A stretch of 64,000 nucleotides of DNA, taken from positions 2,627,885 through 2,691,884 of the forward strand of contig CBDEGZ010000003.1 in the NCBI GenBank assembly GCA_965238175.1, in the 5' to 3' direction. The notes under the pieces are model-generated. The model did no database searches. It saw nothing but the letters and a program-made list of their open reading frames with translations, and was not told the DNA's origin. The stretch's first letter is position 1, and every line of letters starts with the position of its first letter. The DNA is from Gammaproteobacteria bacterium (GTDB lineage Bacteria > Pseudomonadota > Gammaproteobacteria > CAJXQU01). Below, piece after piece: positions 10,944-25,042 of the stretch. Both the position numbers and the translations under genes were made by a program.

Positions 10944-11921
10944 TTATAGATTATGAACAACAGATGAAGCTATTTTATGGACGGTCTTGGCAGGTAACTC
11001 ACCGACTACAGTGACCTGATAGTCTTCTTGAGAATGGGTATATGCATTAACCGCACCTAAAGAAACATAACCATTCATGACCTTATCCTTTGCATTGGTA
11101 TCTACCTTCTCAATATAAAGTGAAACAGTCGCTAAGCCGTCAGAATAGACAAGGTGCTCAACGGGCTTTTTGATACCAGAAAAAAGTTGTTTGTTAGTAC
11201 TTTCCATCGAAAACCCAACCGGCATCCATTGCACTTTCCACTGAGAGGGTTCTTGCGTTGTTTGATCCAAATTTTGTTCATTCGTATGCCATTCGTAGTT
11301 TTCAGCATCCATCGGTGTCATCAGATCACTAGGGATCTCGTGCGGTATCTCAATATGTGTGAACAATACAGTTTCAAGCGGTTTTTCTTGCAGACTAACA
11401 ATAGCAGATTTGAGCATTAGTCCAGTTTCATCATCAACCCAAAAATGGTAGATATAACGGTGCTCATCCTTTGGCATCACCTCAATAATATTGGTTTCTC
11501 GACCGGCGATTCGATCCCTACCTAACACTTGAAAGTTATAGAAACTACGTATCTTAGCAATTGATTCAGGAAAATTTACTGAAAGAAACTTATTTGACCC
11601 ACCTTTATCAACCATAACGGTCTGGTTATCTGAGTAGAAACAAGCGACATCTTGACCATCTTTAATAACTTCCCTGTTGGCCCCTGTTAATGAGATAAGA
11701 CGTTCCTTCTCGCCCTGCTCGTCAACTTTATGGATAATGCGCATGCTCTCCAGTTGATTACCACGGCTATAAACAAAAATGCCGTCATAATTCAAATTGT
11801 GAGTGGCATTAGACATCCTCTCGAGCATCTCAAGTGCTTGTTTAGATGAACTATCTTCAATCGCTTGAACTACAAACTGAAAAGATAACAACGCTACAAT
11901 CATGCATATCCTTACGCCCAT
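10944..11921 (-). CDS. rseB: Sigma-E factor regulatory protein RseB/MucB
   Basis: 325 aa periplasmic protein with signal peptide, placed between rseA and degP. Family-level similarity to MucB/RseB. Confidence 0.75.
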   Translation of the reverse strand: MGVRICMIVALLSFQFVVQAIEDSSSKQALEMLERMSNATHNLNYDGIFVYSRGNQLESMRIIHKVDEQGEKERLISLTGANREVIKDGQDVACFYSDNQTVMVDKGGSNKFLSVNFPESIAKIRSFYNFQVLGRDRIAGRETNIIEVMPKDEHRYIYHFWVDDETGLMLKSAIVSLQEKPLETVLFTHIEIPHEIPSDLMTPMDAENYEWHTNEQNLDQTTQEPSQWKVQWMPVGFSMESTNKQLFSGIKKPVEHLVYSDGLATVSLYIEKVDTNAKDKVMNGYVSLGAVNAYTHSQEDYQVTVVGELPAKTVHKIASSVVHNL

Positions 11922-11927
11922 ATTCGT

Positions 11928-12482
11928 TTACCGACTCGATCCGTGACCAACCAAACGAGCCTGTGGTGAAACACCTTGAACACCCATTCGAGAATTGAAC
12001 TGATTATGATTAAGGATATAAGGATTTAGCTGATTTGCTTCTATTGTGTTTTCGACAGATTCAAACTTAACAGTTCTAACTGTTTCAGGTATGGCGTTTG
12101 AGGCAAGAGGAGCACTTGCTTCTAATCCGGGCGCTTGCTGATTCCCACCTTGAAAACTGACAACAGCAACGGCAGTGACTGAAGCGGCTACAGCTAATCC
12201 TGCAAGTGGTTTAATATAACTTGAGGGGTTGAATTTTTTCTTGCGTTTAGGAGCTAGTATCGTCGGCTCTTGTTCCAGCATTTCATTCAATCTACTTGCC
12301 AGATCTGGCTTAACCGATGCAGGCAATGTATTTCTCATCGTGTCACCAATCATATGGTAACGTTGCCAACTACCTTTTGTATCAGGATCAATTTCGATAT
12401 CTTTTATAGCAATTTCTCTATCTCTTCCTTCGAGCTCGCCATCCATCATGGCAGAAATTCTTTCTCGTTTTTCATCTTTCAT
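11928..12482 (-). CDS. rseA: Anti-sigma-E factor RseA/MucA
   Basis: N-terminal MKDEKRERISAMMDGELEG resembles the RseA_N anti-sigma domain, then a central TM segment. It lies immediately downstream of rpoE. Confidence 0.7.
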   Translation of the reverse strand: MKDEKRERISAMMDGELEGRDREIAIKDIEIDPDTKGSWQRYHMIGDTMRNTLPASVKPDLASRLNEMLEQEPTILAPKRKKKFNPSSYIKPLAGLAVAASVTAVAVVSFQGGNQQAPGLEASAPLASNAIPETVRTVKFESVENTIEANQLNPYILNHNQFNSRMGVQGVSPQARLVGHGSSR

Positions 12483-12488
12483 TTCATT

Positions 12489-13064
12489 TTACTCCAGCAG
12501 TGGTTTAAGGCGTACATCAATCGCCTCCCGAGCTCGGAAAATACGTGACCTGACTGTCCCAATCGGGCATGTCATTGCATCCGCAATTTCGTCATAGCTC
12601 AATCCTTCAACTTCCCTCAATGTGATCGCAGTTCGTAAATCTTCGGGTAATTCTTCGATCGCATTGAAAATCGTCTCCTGTATTTCGCCGGTCAACAATA
12701 AGTTTTCCGGTGTATCTGTTTCCTTTAGAGCGTCATCCAGGTCATAGGTTTCATCATCTGAGCCAATTGGCTGAACTTCCTGTGGTCGACGCGCTCTTGA
12801 AGCCACATGATTCTTAGCTGTATTAATCGCAATGCGATACAACCAAGTATAAAAAGCACTATCCCCCCTAAAATTCGGCAACGCCCTGTACGCCTTTAAA
12901 AATGCTTCTTGAGCAATATCCTGCGCATCAGTGATGTCACGTACATAACGAGACACCAAGTTAACCACCCTGTTCTGGTATTTTATTACCAGCAGATCAA
13001 AGGCTTTCTTGTCCCCATTTTGTACTTTCTCAACTAATACGCTATCAGCGATTTCGTTGCCCAT
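12489..13064 (-). CDS. rpoE: RNA polymerase sigma-24 factor RpoE/AlgU (ECF sigma E)
   Basis: ECF sigma regions 2 and 4 (FDLLVIKYQNRV..., EGLSYDEIADAMTCPIGTVRSRIFRAREAI). Divergent from nadB as in E. coli. Confidence 0.9.
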   Translation of the reverse strand: MGNEIADSVLVEKVQNGDKKAFDLLVIKYQNRVVNLVSRYVRDITDAQDIAQEAFLKAYRALPNFRGDSAFYTWLYRIAINTAKNHVASRARRPQEVQPIGSDDETYDLDDALKETDTPENLLLTGEIQETIFNAIEELPEDLRTAITLREVEGLSYDEIADAMTCPIGTVRSRIFRAREAIDVRLKPLLE

Positions 13065-13198
13065 CAGGGCTTTCTCCTTGTGTTATTATTATGCAGCTTT
13101 TCATCCTGACCCCGCGAGATAGACACGCTATATTGGGAATAGTTCGATGAAATGTAAGTTACCTTCATTAAAAGAAACTAAAATTGTCATAAAGCGCT

Positions 13199-14806
13199 AT
13201 GGTACATCAACATGATTTCGACGTCCTTATTATCGGCAGCGGTGCTTCCGGCCTTAGTCTTGCCTTACGTTTATCGGAGCAGACCAATGTCGCCGTGGTA
13301 TCAAAAGGACAACTAAAAGAAGGCTCTACCTATTGGGCTCAGGGTGGCATAGCAGCTGTTCTTGATCCAGCAGATACTCTGAGATCACATGTGGAAGACA
13401 CGCTCAATGCAGGGGCTGGACTTTGTGATCCTGACATTGTCGAGTTTGTCGCCTCAAAAGGGCGCGAGAGCATCGAATGGTTATTGGATTTGGGCGTGCC
13501 TTTTACGCCTGATAACGAAAGTGAACTGCCCTACCATCTAACTCGAGAAGGTGGTCATAGCCATCGACGCATCATTCATGCTGCAGATGCGACTGGTAGA
13601 GCGGTTGAAACCACGCTTGAAACACAAGCACGCGCTAATCCGAACATCTCAATATTTGAACACCATATCGCCATTGATTTGATCACAGGATCTAAAATTG
13701 GCTTAGAAACTGATCGTTGCGTTGGTGCATATATCTTTGATAAAGAACAGGATAAGGTACTAACGTTTCGAGCAAAATTCGTTGTTCTTGCAACGGGTGG
13801 TGCCGGAAAAGTCTATCTTTATACGAGTAATCCTGACGTCTCAACAGGTGATGGAATTGCCATGGCAGCACGAGCTGGATGTGATATTGCTAACATGGAA
13901 TTCATGCAGTTTCACCCAACATGCCTTTATCACCCTGAAGCAAAATCTTTTCTCATTACTGAGGCTATCCGTGGCGAGGGAGGTATTCTACTATTACCCA
14001 ACGGTGAGCGATTTATGGATCGTTTTGATAAGAGGGCTGAACTCGCTCCTCGCGATATCGTTGCTCGTGCAATTGATCACGAAATGAAACGTACTGGCAG
14101 TGATAGTGTATTTCTAGATATTAGTCATCGTTCAGCTGAATTTATAAAAGAACATTTTCCGAATGTTTCCGAAAAATGTCTTGAGTTTGGTTTTGATATT
14201 ACCAAAGAACCAATCCCGGTGGTCCCTGCTGCACATTACATTTGCGGAGGAGTAACCACAGATATTCGTGGGAAAACAACAATCCCGGGGCTTTATGCAA
14301 TTGGTGAAACCTCCTGCACAGGCTTACATGGCGCCAACCGGATGGCCAGTAACTCATTACTTGAATGTCTGGTTTTTGCTCAGTCTTGTCACGATGACAT
14401 CGCAGCTAATCTTTCATCGGCAACAATGCCACAGAACTTACCTCTTTGGGATGAAACTCAAGTGACCGATTCAGATGAAGAAGTGGTTGTATCCCATAAC
14501 TGGGATGAACTACGCCGTTTCATGTGGGATTATGTTGGAATTGTTCGAACCACTAAGCGTCTGCAACGTGCGAAACACCGAGTCGAATTATTAAAAGCCG
14601 AAATTAGCGAGTACTATGGCAACTTTCGCGTTTCCAATGATTTGATTGAACTAAGAAACCTTGTTCAGGTGGCCGATCTTATCATCGAATCTGCATTGCA
14701 CCGACAAGAAAGCCGAGGCCTTCACTACACACTTAATTATCCCGAAATGTCGGGTAATCAACCACAAGATACCATCTTGAAAATGCGACAACATGAATCT
14801 ACCTGA
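13199..14806 (+). CDS. nadB: L-aspartate oxidase
   Basis: FAD-binding [16 protein letters not shown], succinate dehydrogenase/fumarate reductase flavoprotein fold, 535 aa. Classic nadB-rpoE divergent arrangement. Confidence 0.9.
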   Translation: MVHQHDFDVLIIGSGASGLSLALRLSEQTNVAVVSKGQLKEGSTYWAQGGIAAVLDPADTLRSHVEDTLNAGAGLCDPDIVEFVASKGRESIEWLLDLGVPFTPDNESELPYHLTREGGHSHRRIIHAADATGRAVETTLETQARANPNISIFEHHIAIDLITGSKIGLETDRCVGAYIFDKEQDKVLTFRAKFVVLATGGAGKVYLYTSNPDVSTGDGIAMAARAGCDIANMEFMQFHPTCLYHPEAKSFLITEAIRGEGGILLLPNGERFMDRFDKRAELAPRDIVARAIDHEMKRTGSDSVFLDISHRSAEFIKEHFPNVSEKCLEFGFDITKEPIPVVPAAHYICGGVTTDIRGKTTIPGLYAIGETSCTGLHGANRMASNSLLECLVFAQSCHDDIAANLSSATMPQNLPLWDETQVTDSDEEVVVSHNWDELRRFMWDYVGIVRTTKRLQRAKHRVELLKAEISEYYGNFRVSNDLIELRNLVQVADLIIESALHRQESRGLHYTLNYPEMSGNQPQDTILKMRQHEST

Positions 14807-15539
14807 TTACACAGCAGAAAAAAATTTATTGAAAGGCAAAACGATTCTCGTAACAGGTGCTGCCGGTGGCATAGGCCAAGCAGCGGCTAGAAGCTTTGCT
14901 GAACATGGGGCTACAGTGATCATTCTTGATAAAAATGTTCCAGCTTTAGAATTACTTTATGATCAAATAAAGCAAGATCATCATCCAGAAGCTGCAATCT
15001 ACCCAATGGATTTAGCCGGTGCTTCTGTCAAAGACTACGAAACACTTGAAGAAACACTGGCAAAAAACTTCGGGAAACTTGATGGTCTACTTCATAACGC
15101 AGCTATTCTCGGCAGCCTTACTAGCATTGCGAGTTATGATCTACAACAGTGGCATCAAGTCATGACGGTTAATTTTAATGCGCCATTACTATTAACTCGC
15201 GCTTGCCTATCACAACTAAAAGCCTCAAATTCAGCCTCCGTAATCTTCACTTCTGACTCGGTAGGTCGTCAAGCAAAAGCCTATTGGGGTGCATATGGTA
15301 TTTCAAAATTCGCAACGGAAGGTCTAATGCAAACACTTGCCGAAGAACTTGAGACCAATACTTCAATTCGGGTCAACAGTATTGATCCAGGTCCGATCAA
15401 AACCCTTTTAAGATCCGCTGCCTACCCAGCTGAAGATCCTGATCAAAACCCACTTCCTGAAACAATTATGGATAAATATCTCTACTTAATGGGCAATGAA
15501 AGCCTATCTATAAATGGCCAAATGCTATCAGCCCAATAG
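14793..15539 (+). CDS. SDR-family NAD(P)-dependent oxidoreductase (YciK-like)
   Basis: [12 protein letters not shown] Rossmann motif. Catalytic YGISK (YxxxK). Confidence 0.6.
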   Translation: MNLPDYTAEKNLLKGKTILVTGAAGGIGQAAARSFAEHGATVIILDKNVPALELLYDQIKQDHHPEAAIYPMDLAGASVKDYETLEETLAKNFGKLDGLLHNAAILGSLTSIASYDLQQWHQVMTVNFNAPLLLTRACLSQLKASNSASVIFTSDSVGRQAKAYWGAYGISKFATEGLMQTLAEELETNTSIRVNSIDPGPIKTLLRSAAYPAEDPDQNPLPETIMDKYLYLMGNESLSINGQMLSAQ

Positions 15540-15610
15540 CGAACTCTCGTTACAAATAATTATGTAACCCATGCCCAGTCAAACTTTTGGCATGGTTTTC
15601 GCATTGACAA

Positions 15611-16606
15611 TTGTTATTAATTAACAATGAGATGATCAATATGGCGACGTCAGTTCAAGAGATGAATCCACAATATGATGATTATGTAAACGAAGCTTCA
15701 TCGGAGAGGATAAAGAATTACTACGCTCCTATGAACGAGTTGCAAAAAATGCAACAAGAAACACTGCTCGTAGCTAGCGTATTACAGACATCGTTAGATC
15801 TTAATAAACTTATCGAAATTTTTGCCGAAAGATTAGCCGATTTTGTTGAGCATGACAGCCTACTCTACATTAATAGAGACGAAGAAAAAGAGTTTTTAAT
15901 AGGTAAACCGTCCAATCAAACATGTAGTTATCAGATCACTTTGCTTGAAAAACCGTTAGGTGAAATCACTATTTCAAGAGCAAAAGCATTTGATGAAAAT
16001 GAAACCCATTGGTTTGAAGGCCTACTTTGTGCACTTGTTCATCCGCTCCACAATGCAATCCTTTATCACCAAGCGATTCAAACAGGTTATGAAGATCCCG
16101 TCACTGGCGTAAACAATCGTACTGCAATGAATGCAACGCTTGAGCGCGAAGTCGAACTTGCGCATCGTAATGGCGCAGCACTGTCCGTCATTATGATTGA
16201 CATCGATCATTTCAAACAAATTAATGACAAATACGGCCACTTGGCGGGTGATGCTGTCCTCAAAGGCGTTGGCACTTGCCTTAAAGAATGTGTCCGTCGA
16301 AGTGATATTGTTTTTAGGTATGGTGGTGAAGAATTTGTTGCAATACTCAATACAACCGACTTAGCTGGTGCAAAACTGCTTGCAAATCGTATACGTGTAG
16401 CCATCGAAAAACACAATTTTGAACACGATGGACTGAATGTCAAAATCACAGTAAGCGCCGGCGTATCAATCCTGGAGCATAACTTTGAGGCCAAAGATCT
16501 ACTAAACGCTGCTGATCAAGCACTTTATCAAGCCAAAGACGAAGGTCGAAATCGTGTTGTTGTTTATAATTCAGAAGGTAAAGATCAAACTGTTGGCAAT
16601 ATGTGA
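15611..16606 (+). CDS. Diguanylate cyclase (GGDEF domain) with N-terminal sensory region
   Basis: Intact RYGGEEF active-site motif. DIDHFKQINDKYGH and RxxD-like I-site region. Confidence 0.75.
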   Translation: MLLINNEMINMATSVQEMNPQYDDYVNEASSERIKNYYAPMNELQKMQQETLLVASVLQTSLDLNKLIEIFAERLADFVEHDSLLYINRDEEKEFLIGKPSNQTCSYQITLLEKPLGEITISRAKAFDENETHWFEGLLCALVHPLHNAILYHQAIQTGYEDPVTGVNNRTAMNATLEREVELAHRNGAALSVIMIDIDHFKQINDKYGHLAGDAVLKGVGTCLKECVRRSDIVFRYGGEEFVAILNTTDLAGAKLLANRIRVAIEKHNFEHDGLNVKITVSAGVSILEHNFEAKDLLNAADQALYQAKDEGRNRVVVYNSEGKDQTVGNM

Positions 16607-16634
16607 CTTTATTTGTAGAAATTCAGATTTGATC

Positions 16635-17773
16635 TGACAGTTACCCAATTATCAGTAACCGACTGTCAGGTTAAGTTTAATTCACAAACTTTTCCTTCCA
16701 GATAGCTTGTCCGTCGATGAGTGTTTCCATCGGCGTCCTCCCGCAGCACATTTTGCCTTGGTGAGTTCGTTGAGTATTGTATTTGAGCAACCATTCGTCA
16801 AGGTCGAGTTGCAGTTCATCAATCGATTGGTAAATTTTCTTACGCAAAGCGACTTGATAAAACTCATTGAGGATCGTCTTATGGAATCGCTCACAAATAC
16901 CATTCGTCTGAGGTGATTTGACCTTGGTTTTGGTGTGTTCGATATTGTTCAACGCCATATAAAGCTGATAATCATGCTGGTCAGCTCGCCCACAATACTC
17001 CGTCCCTCTATCTGTCAAAATGCGCAACATAGGCAAACGTTGTTGTTCGTAGAATGGGAGGACGCGGTCATTGAGCATGTCAGCTGCCGTAATCGGTGTT
17101 TTAGTCGGGTACAGTTTCGCGTGAGCGACCTTGCTGTAAGTATCAACAAACGTTTGTTGATAAACCCGACCAATGCCTTTGAAAGTACCGACATAGTAAG
17201 TATCTTGCGAGCCAAGATAACCAGGGTGTGCCGTCTCTATCTCGCCACAAGCCTCATCGTCGTCTTTCTTGCGTTCCATCGCCGCGACTTGAGACTCAGT
17301 GAGGATCAAGCCTTCACCAGCTACCTTATCAGACAATGCCTTCAGGCGATCTTTAAAGCAAGCAAGACCATGACGAAGCCAGATACAACGAACGCCACTG
17401 GGTGAGACAAATGTTCCCCGTTTGCGCAGCTCGTTACTGGTGCGCGTTTGACCATGTGCGGGCTCTTCCAGTGCATACTCGAGCACAACGGTTTCAATAG
17501 CCGGGTCGATTCTGTTTTTAAGATTTGGGGTACGCCGATTACGATCAAACAAGGCTTCTACACCGCCTTCATCAGCCGCTTCTTTGTAGCGATAAAATGT
17601 ATCTCTGGACAAACCCATCATCTTGCAGGCTTTTGAGACATTGCCGAGTTCTTCAGCGAGATTGAGTAGACCAACTTTATGTTTTATAACTTTGTCATTA
17701 GTATGAATCATGAGAGTTACCTCTTTGTGTTTTGATGTTTACGTTGCAGTTACATCAAAGCGGGTAACTCTCA
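16635..17773 (-). mobile_element. IS481-family insertion sequence (single transposase ORF); boundaries approximate
   Basis: Transposase ORF at 16677..17711. Imperfect terminal inverted repeats TGAcAGTTACCC (16635-16646) and its inverse at 17762-17773. An alternative outer match ATCTGACA at 16633 / 17817-17824 leaves the right boundary ambiguous. Confidence 0.5.
16677..17711 (-). CDS. IS481-family transposase (HTH plus rve DDE integrase core)
   Basis: N-terminal HTH (LGNVSKACKMMGLSRDTFYRYK). DDE integrase-core pattern typical of IS481/IS3-like transposases. 344 aa. Confidence 0.8.
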   Translation of the reverse strand: MIHTNDKVIKHKVGLLNLAEELGNVSKACKMMGLSRDTFYRYKEAADEGGVEALFDRNRRTPNLKNRIDPAIETVVLEYALEEPAHGQTRTSNELRKRGTFVSPSGVRCIWLRHGLACFKDRLKALSDKVAGEGLILTESQVAAMERKKDDDEACGEIETAHPGYLGSQDTYYVGTFKGIGRVYQQTFVDTYSKVAHAKLYPTKTPITAADMLNDRVLPFYEQQRLPMLRILTDRGTEYCGRADQHDYQLYMALNNIEHTKTKVKSPQTNGICERFHKTILNEFYQVALRKKIYQSIDELQLDLDEWLLKYNTQRTHQGKMCCGRTPMETLIDGQAIWKEKFVN

Positions 17774-17909
17774 CTAAATCAAGCGTCGCTACGCTCCGCT
17801 TGATTTAGTGATGTGTCAGATTGGGTCTAAACTTCTACACTTTATTGATCTGGGCTACACTTGATACATCAACTTGGATAGCTTGTTCTCGAGTCTTTTA
17901 GTTTGTCTT

Positions 17910-20844
<2,935 letters not shown>

Positions 20845-20867
20845 AAAGAACCTCTACCTTACCCTAC

Positions 20868-23800
20868 CTACCCTGTCGCAACCATATCCACTGCTTCATC
20901 CATATCAACAGATACAAGTCTCGAAACACCGGCCTCCTGCATAGTCACACCGACCAATTGTTTTGCTATTTCCATGGTTATCTTGTTATGTGTGATAAAA
21001 ATAAACTGTACCTGATTCGACATCTCTTGCAACATATCGCACAAACGCACCACATTCGCATCATCAAGTGGTGCATCAACTTCATCAAGCAGACAAAAAG
21101 GTGCTGGATTCAACTGAAAAATTGAAAATACCAACGAGACAGCCGTCAGCGCTTTCTCACCACCCGAGAGTAAATGAATAGAACTATTACGTTTACCCGG
21201 TGGTTGCGCAATAACAGCGATACCCGTTTCCAGCAGATCGTCACCGGTCAATTCCAAATAAGCCCTACCACCACCAAACAAACGTGGAAACATTGCCTGA
21301 AATCCTTCATTGACCTGATCATAAATTTCTTTAAATCGACCACGAGTTTCCTTATCGATCTTTCTGATCGCACTTTCTAATGTATCTAACGCTTCGATCA
21401 AATCTTCATCTTGTTTATCAAGAAAGACTTTTCTTTCCGACAATTCCTGACACTCATCAATCGCCGCTAAATTGATCGGGCCAAGCCGTGTAATCTTACG
21501 TTCTAAGGATTCAACTCTCTCCTGCCAAGCAGAATTTACCGCATTTTCAGACATCGCTTCGAGTAATGGTTCCGGTTCAAAACCAGCGGCTTTAAGTTGC
21601 TCAACCAAACCTTGCAATCGAACACTCACAGCCTGGGCTTCCATTCGATTTTGCTCTAGTTTTTCTCGTGCCACTTGCAAAGCCTGTTCATTTTGTTGGC
21701 GTTTTTGATCAGCTTGTTTGAGTTTTTGTTCTACGCTTTGTAATGTATCACGCGCAGAGGCCAACTCACCTTCAACCGTTAGTCGCTTCCCTAACGCCGT
21801 TTCTAAGGTTTGTTGAATGTCGAGCACTGGCGCCTGACCTTTATCCAATTCTGCCGAAAGTTCTTCGAGACGTTTAGTCGATTGCTCTAATTGCATTTGA
21901 TGTCGTTGCATTGATTGCTCAAGCGCGTTTTTGCGTGAACGTAACGATTCGCTACGCAAGGCTAATTCATGACTGGTATCACGGGTTTTTCGCCATTCTT
22001 CTCTTAATGCTGCAACGCTACCAGTATGCTCTCGCCGTTGGCTACTGAGCAGTTCTTCCTGCTGCTTTAGTTCCTTCGCGACCAACTCCAACCCTGACAC
22101 CTTTTGCCTTGTCAGTTCCAGATCCTGATTCTCGGTTTCACTTATCTTTTGTAATTCCGCCAGTTCTTTATCAATTTGAGTTAGCCTTGAGCGAGCTTGC
22201 TCAAAACGTGCTTGACCAGCCGCCAGATCAGAACTAAAAGTTGATCTTTGACGTTGTACCTCACCCAGCTTTTGGATTTGATCAGTGATTTCTGTTTCAA
22301 GCGCAGAACGTCGTGTTGTGCTTTCTTCCAGAACCTCTTGCAATTGCTGTATTCCCTTTTCTATCGTTGTGGATTTTTGCTGCAATTCGCGGATTTCCCT
22401 TTCACGTTCAATAACACCCGCCTCTTCTTTTTGCTGCCGTTTTAATCGTAACCAGGAAGGTCCAATTCGATCCCCTCCTTTGGTGACTATCGACTCATGT
22501 GTCGCAAGATTTGTTCGCAAGTCCATTGCTTCTGCTATAGAATCAGCTACATAAATGCTTGGCATCAGCGTCTCTAACGGTAAATTTGAAGACACCTTAT
22601 CTAACAAACTACCAGCGATATTTGATGTTCCAACAATTTTCGCAGCGGTTGGTTTTTGTTCTATCCCACCAATAATTCCCTCAGATAAGCTATCGACTTG
22701 CAAACCAAATTGTCCAAGATCATCAACACATATTGCATCCAGATGTTCTGCAAGCACCACTTCGAGTGCAACCTCCCAACCTGATTCAACCGAAATCTCC
22801 TGGGCTAATTTAGAATGCTTAGATAAACCCTGTTGTTGGAGCAGATCATTTACTTGTCGCTGATCCTGTCCCAGGGCTGACTGTTGTAAGGCTTCTAGTG
22901 AAGCCAAGCGTCCGTTTACAGATTGAGATTCATGCCGCAATCCATCCAACTTCGATGAAGAAGCCTGGACTTTTTCACGAGCTGCTTCGATCTGTTCTTG
23001 TAAATTCACTCTTCTTGATTCGAGGTTAGTACAAAGTGTATCGGACTTGTTAAGACTGGCTTCTAAACCTTCAAGATTCAACCCTAGTTTTTCCGGTACA
23101 ATTCCATTTCGTTCCGAATTCAGCCGTTCAATCCACTGTTCGGTACTCGTAATCGTTCTCTGCAGATGATTTATCTTGCTGGTTTCGGTTTGTTCATTTC
23201 GAACATGCTCAGAATAGCGTTGTTGAAAAGCATCCCACTCTTTCTGACGATCTTGAGTCATCTTTTCAGACTCTTCCAACTTTTTACTGGCAATCTTTTC
23301 AAGTTCGATTAATTTAGCACGCTCTGATTCAATTTTAACCAATTCATTTTTAGTTTGTTCCAGTTGTTGCTGATCATTTACATTTTGATCCTGGATTTCC
23401 GTCAATTCAGTTTTTACTCGTACTGAATCACGTTCGATATTTTGACGTCTCTCAGTCGCATGTTGAATGGCTTGTTCAAGACCCGTAATTTCTGCCCCCA
23501 AACCATAAAACTGTCCTTGAATTTCATTAAATTGATCATTCGCAGATACCCGAGACTGATTATCTTTTTCGATCTCTGCTTCAATGGTTCTAACGTCGGC
23601 AATTGCGGCTTCTACATTTGTTTCCTGCTGAGCAATCATTTTATTATGCTCAACTTCCTGTTCATGCAGATCTCTCCATGACAAAGCTGTCAACTCTGCC
23701 TTCACTTGTCGCTCTTCTGCTTTTAAACCTTTATAGCGCTCCGCCGCTTTAGCCTGTTGCTCAAGTCGACTCAATTGTTTTCCCAACTCTTGACGAATAT

Positions 23801-24386
23801 CTGTGAGACGTTCCAGGTTCTCTTTCGTATGACGAATACGGTTCTCTGTTTCACGCCGACGTTCTTTGTATTTTGAAATTCCAGCAGCTTCTTCGAGAAA
23901 GACACGTAATTCTTCAGGTTTCGATTCGATTACACGTGAGATCATCCCCTGTTCGATCACAGAATAACTTCGTGGCCCAATTCCAGTTCCAAGAAAAAGA
24001 TTCGTTATATCTTTGCGGCGACATCGACTGCCATTCAGGAAATAAATAGAAACACCGTCACGACCTAATTGACGTTTGATCGAAATCTCATTGTAGCCCG
24101 CATATTCGCCTGCAATCTTTCCGTCCGAATTATCGAAAATGATTTCAACTGTAGCTTGACCAACCGGTTTCCGTGCATTTGATCCACTAAAGATGACATC
24201 TGACATGGCATCGCCACGCAGATGTTTTGCTGAACTTTCTCCCAAAACCCAAAGTACGGCATCAATGACATTTGACTTACCACAGCCATTTGGACCAACA
24301 ACACCGGTCAGTTCGTGAGGTAAATTCAGAGTTGTAGGATCTACGAAAGATTTAAAACCAGCGAGCTTGATTTTGCTTATTCTCAT
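20868..24386 (-). CDS. smc: Chromosome partition protein Smc
   Basis: Walker A GPNGCGKSN at the N-terminus, long coiled coils, hinge, and C-terminal signature LSGGEKALTA plus Walker B LLDEVDAPLD. 1172 aa. Confidence 0.9.
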   Translation of the reverse strand: MRISKIKLAGFKSFVDPTTLNLPHELTGVVGPNGCGKSNVIDAVLWVLGESSAKHLRGDAMSDVIFSGSNARKPVGQATVEIIFDNSDGKIAGEYAGYNEISIKRQLGRDGVSIYFLNGSRCRRKDITNLFLGTGIGPRSYSVIEQGMISRVIESKPEELRVFLEEAAGISKYKERRRETENRIRHTKENLERLTDIRQELGKQLSRLEQQAKAAERYKGLKAEERQVKAELTALSWRDLHEQEVEHNKMIAQQETNVEAAIADVRTIEAEIEKDNQSRVSANDQFNEIQGQFYGLGAEITGLEQAIQHATERRQNIERDSVRVKTELTEIQDQNVNDQQQLEQTKNELVKIESERAKLIELEKIASKKLEESEKMTQDRQKEWDAFQQRYSEHVRNEQTETSKINHLQRTITSTEQWIERLNSERNGIVPEKLGLNLEGLEASLNKSDTLCTNLESRRVNLQEQIEAAREKVQASSSKLDGLRHESQSVNGRLASLEALQQSALGQDQRQVNDLLQQQGLSKHSKLAQEISVESGWEVALEVVLAEHLDAICVDDLGQFGLQVDSLSEGIIGGIEQKPTAAKIVGTSNIAGSLLDKVSSNLPLETLMPSIYVADSIAEAMDLRTNLATHESIVTKGGDRIGPSWLRLKRQQKEEAGVIEREREIRELQQKSTTIEKGIQQLQEVLEESTTRRSALETEITDQIQKLGEVQRQRSTFSSDLAAGQARFEQARSRLTQIDKELAELQKISETENQDLELTRQKVSGLELVAKELKQQEELLSSQRREHTGSVAALREEWRKTRDTSHELALRSESLRSRKNALEQSMQRHQMQLEQSTKRLEELSAELDKGQAPVLDIQQTLETALGKRLTVEGELASARDTLQSVEQKLKQADQKRQQNEQALQVAREKLEQNRMEAQAVSVRLQGLVEQLKAAGFEPEPLLEAMSENAVNSAWQERVESLERKITRLGPINLAAIDECQELSERKVFLDKQDEDLIEALDTLESAIRKIDKETRGRFKEIYDQVNEGFQAMFPRLFGGGRAYLELTGDDLLETGIAVIAQPPGKRNSSIHLLSGGEKALTAVSLVFSIFQLNPAPFCLLDEVDAPLDDANVVRLCDMLQEMSNQVQFIFITHNKITMEIAKQLVGVTMQEAGVSRLVSVDMDEAVDMVATG

Positions 24387-24586
24387 GCCCGCTAAGATAC
24401 ATGAAAAATCCGATTATTCAAAACAATTTCCCAAATATTTTACCACTTGAAAAAACACACTATCTCATTGATTTTAATGTACTATTTTATGTGTCAAATT
24501 TGCGTCGCCACAGCCTTTAAACTATCTCTAGAGTCACGGATTGTGGTAGTATGTACAGCCTTTTTTCAAACTAATTTATAAAGAAT

Positions 24587-24973
24587 ATGACCCAACCTAG
24601 TGAAGATCTGGAACTTTTTGACAATCCAAATCCAGAGAAAGATTACACCATCCACATTCACATGCCTGAATTCACCTGTTTGTGTCCAAAAACGGGGCAG
24701 CCGGATTTTGCAACATTGGACTTAGCCTATGTACCAGATCAACATTGTATTGAGCTAAAAGCACTAAAACTCTATATTGTTACCTTCCGCGACATGGGTG
24801 CATTTCACGAAGCAATAACGAATAAGATCACCAATGATCTGGTCAATGCATGTCAACCTCGTTATTTGAGGCTGACAGCCGATTTCAATGTTCGTGGTGG
24901 TATTTATACGAAAGTAGTTTCCGACTACCGTCAACCAGGTTGGGTAGCACCCGAACTGGTTTCTTTACCATGA
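24587..24973 (+). CDS. queF: NADPH-dependent 7-cyano-7-deazaguanine reductase, unimodular type (queuosine biosynthesis)
   Basis: 128 aa. Catalytic Cys in [15 protein letters not shown]. Type I QueF length and motifs. Confidence 0.8.
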   Translation: MTQPSEDLELFDNPNPEKDYTIHIHMPEFTCLCPKTGQPDFATLDLAYVPDQHCIELKALKLYIVTFRDMGAFHEAITNKITNDLVNACQPRYLRLTADFNVRGGIYTKVVSDYRQPGWVAPELVSLP

Positions 24974-25042
24974 ATGTTTGATCAAAAATAATCTGATCAA
25001 TTACTTTATTGTTCGATATAAACCTTCTTAAGACCAAATCAC

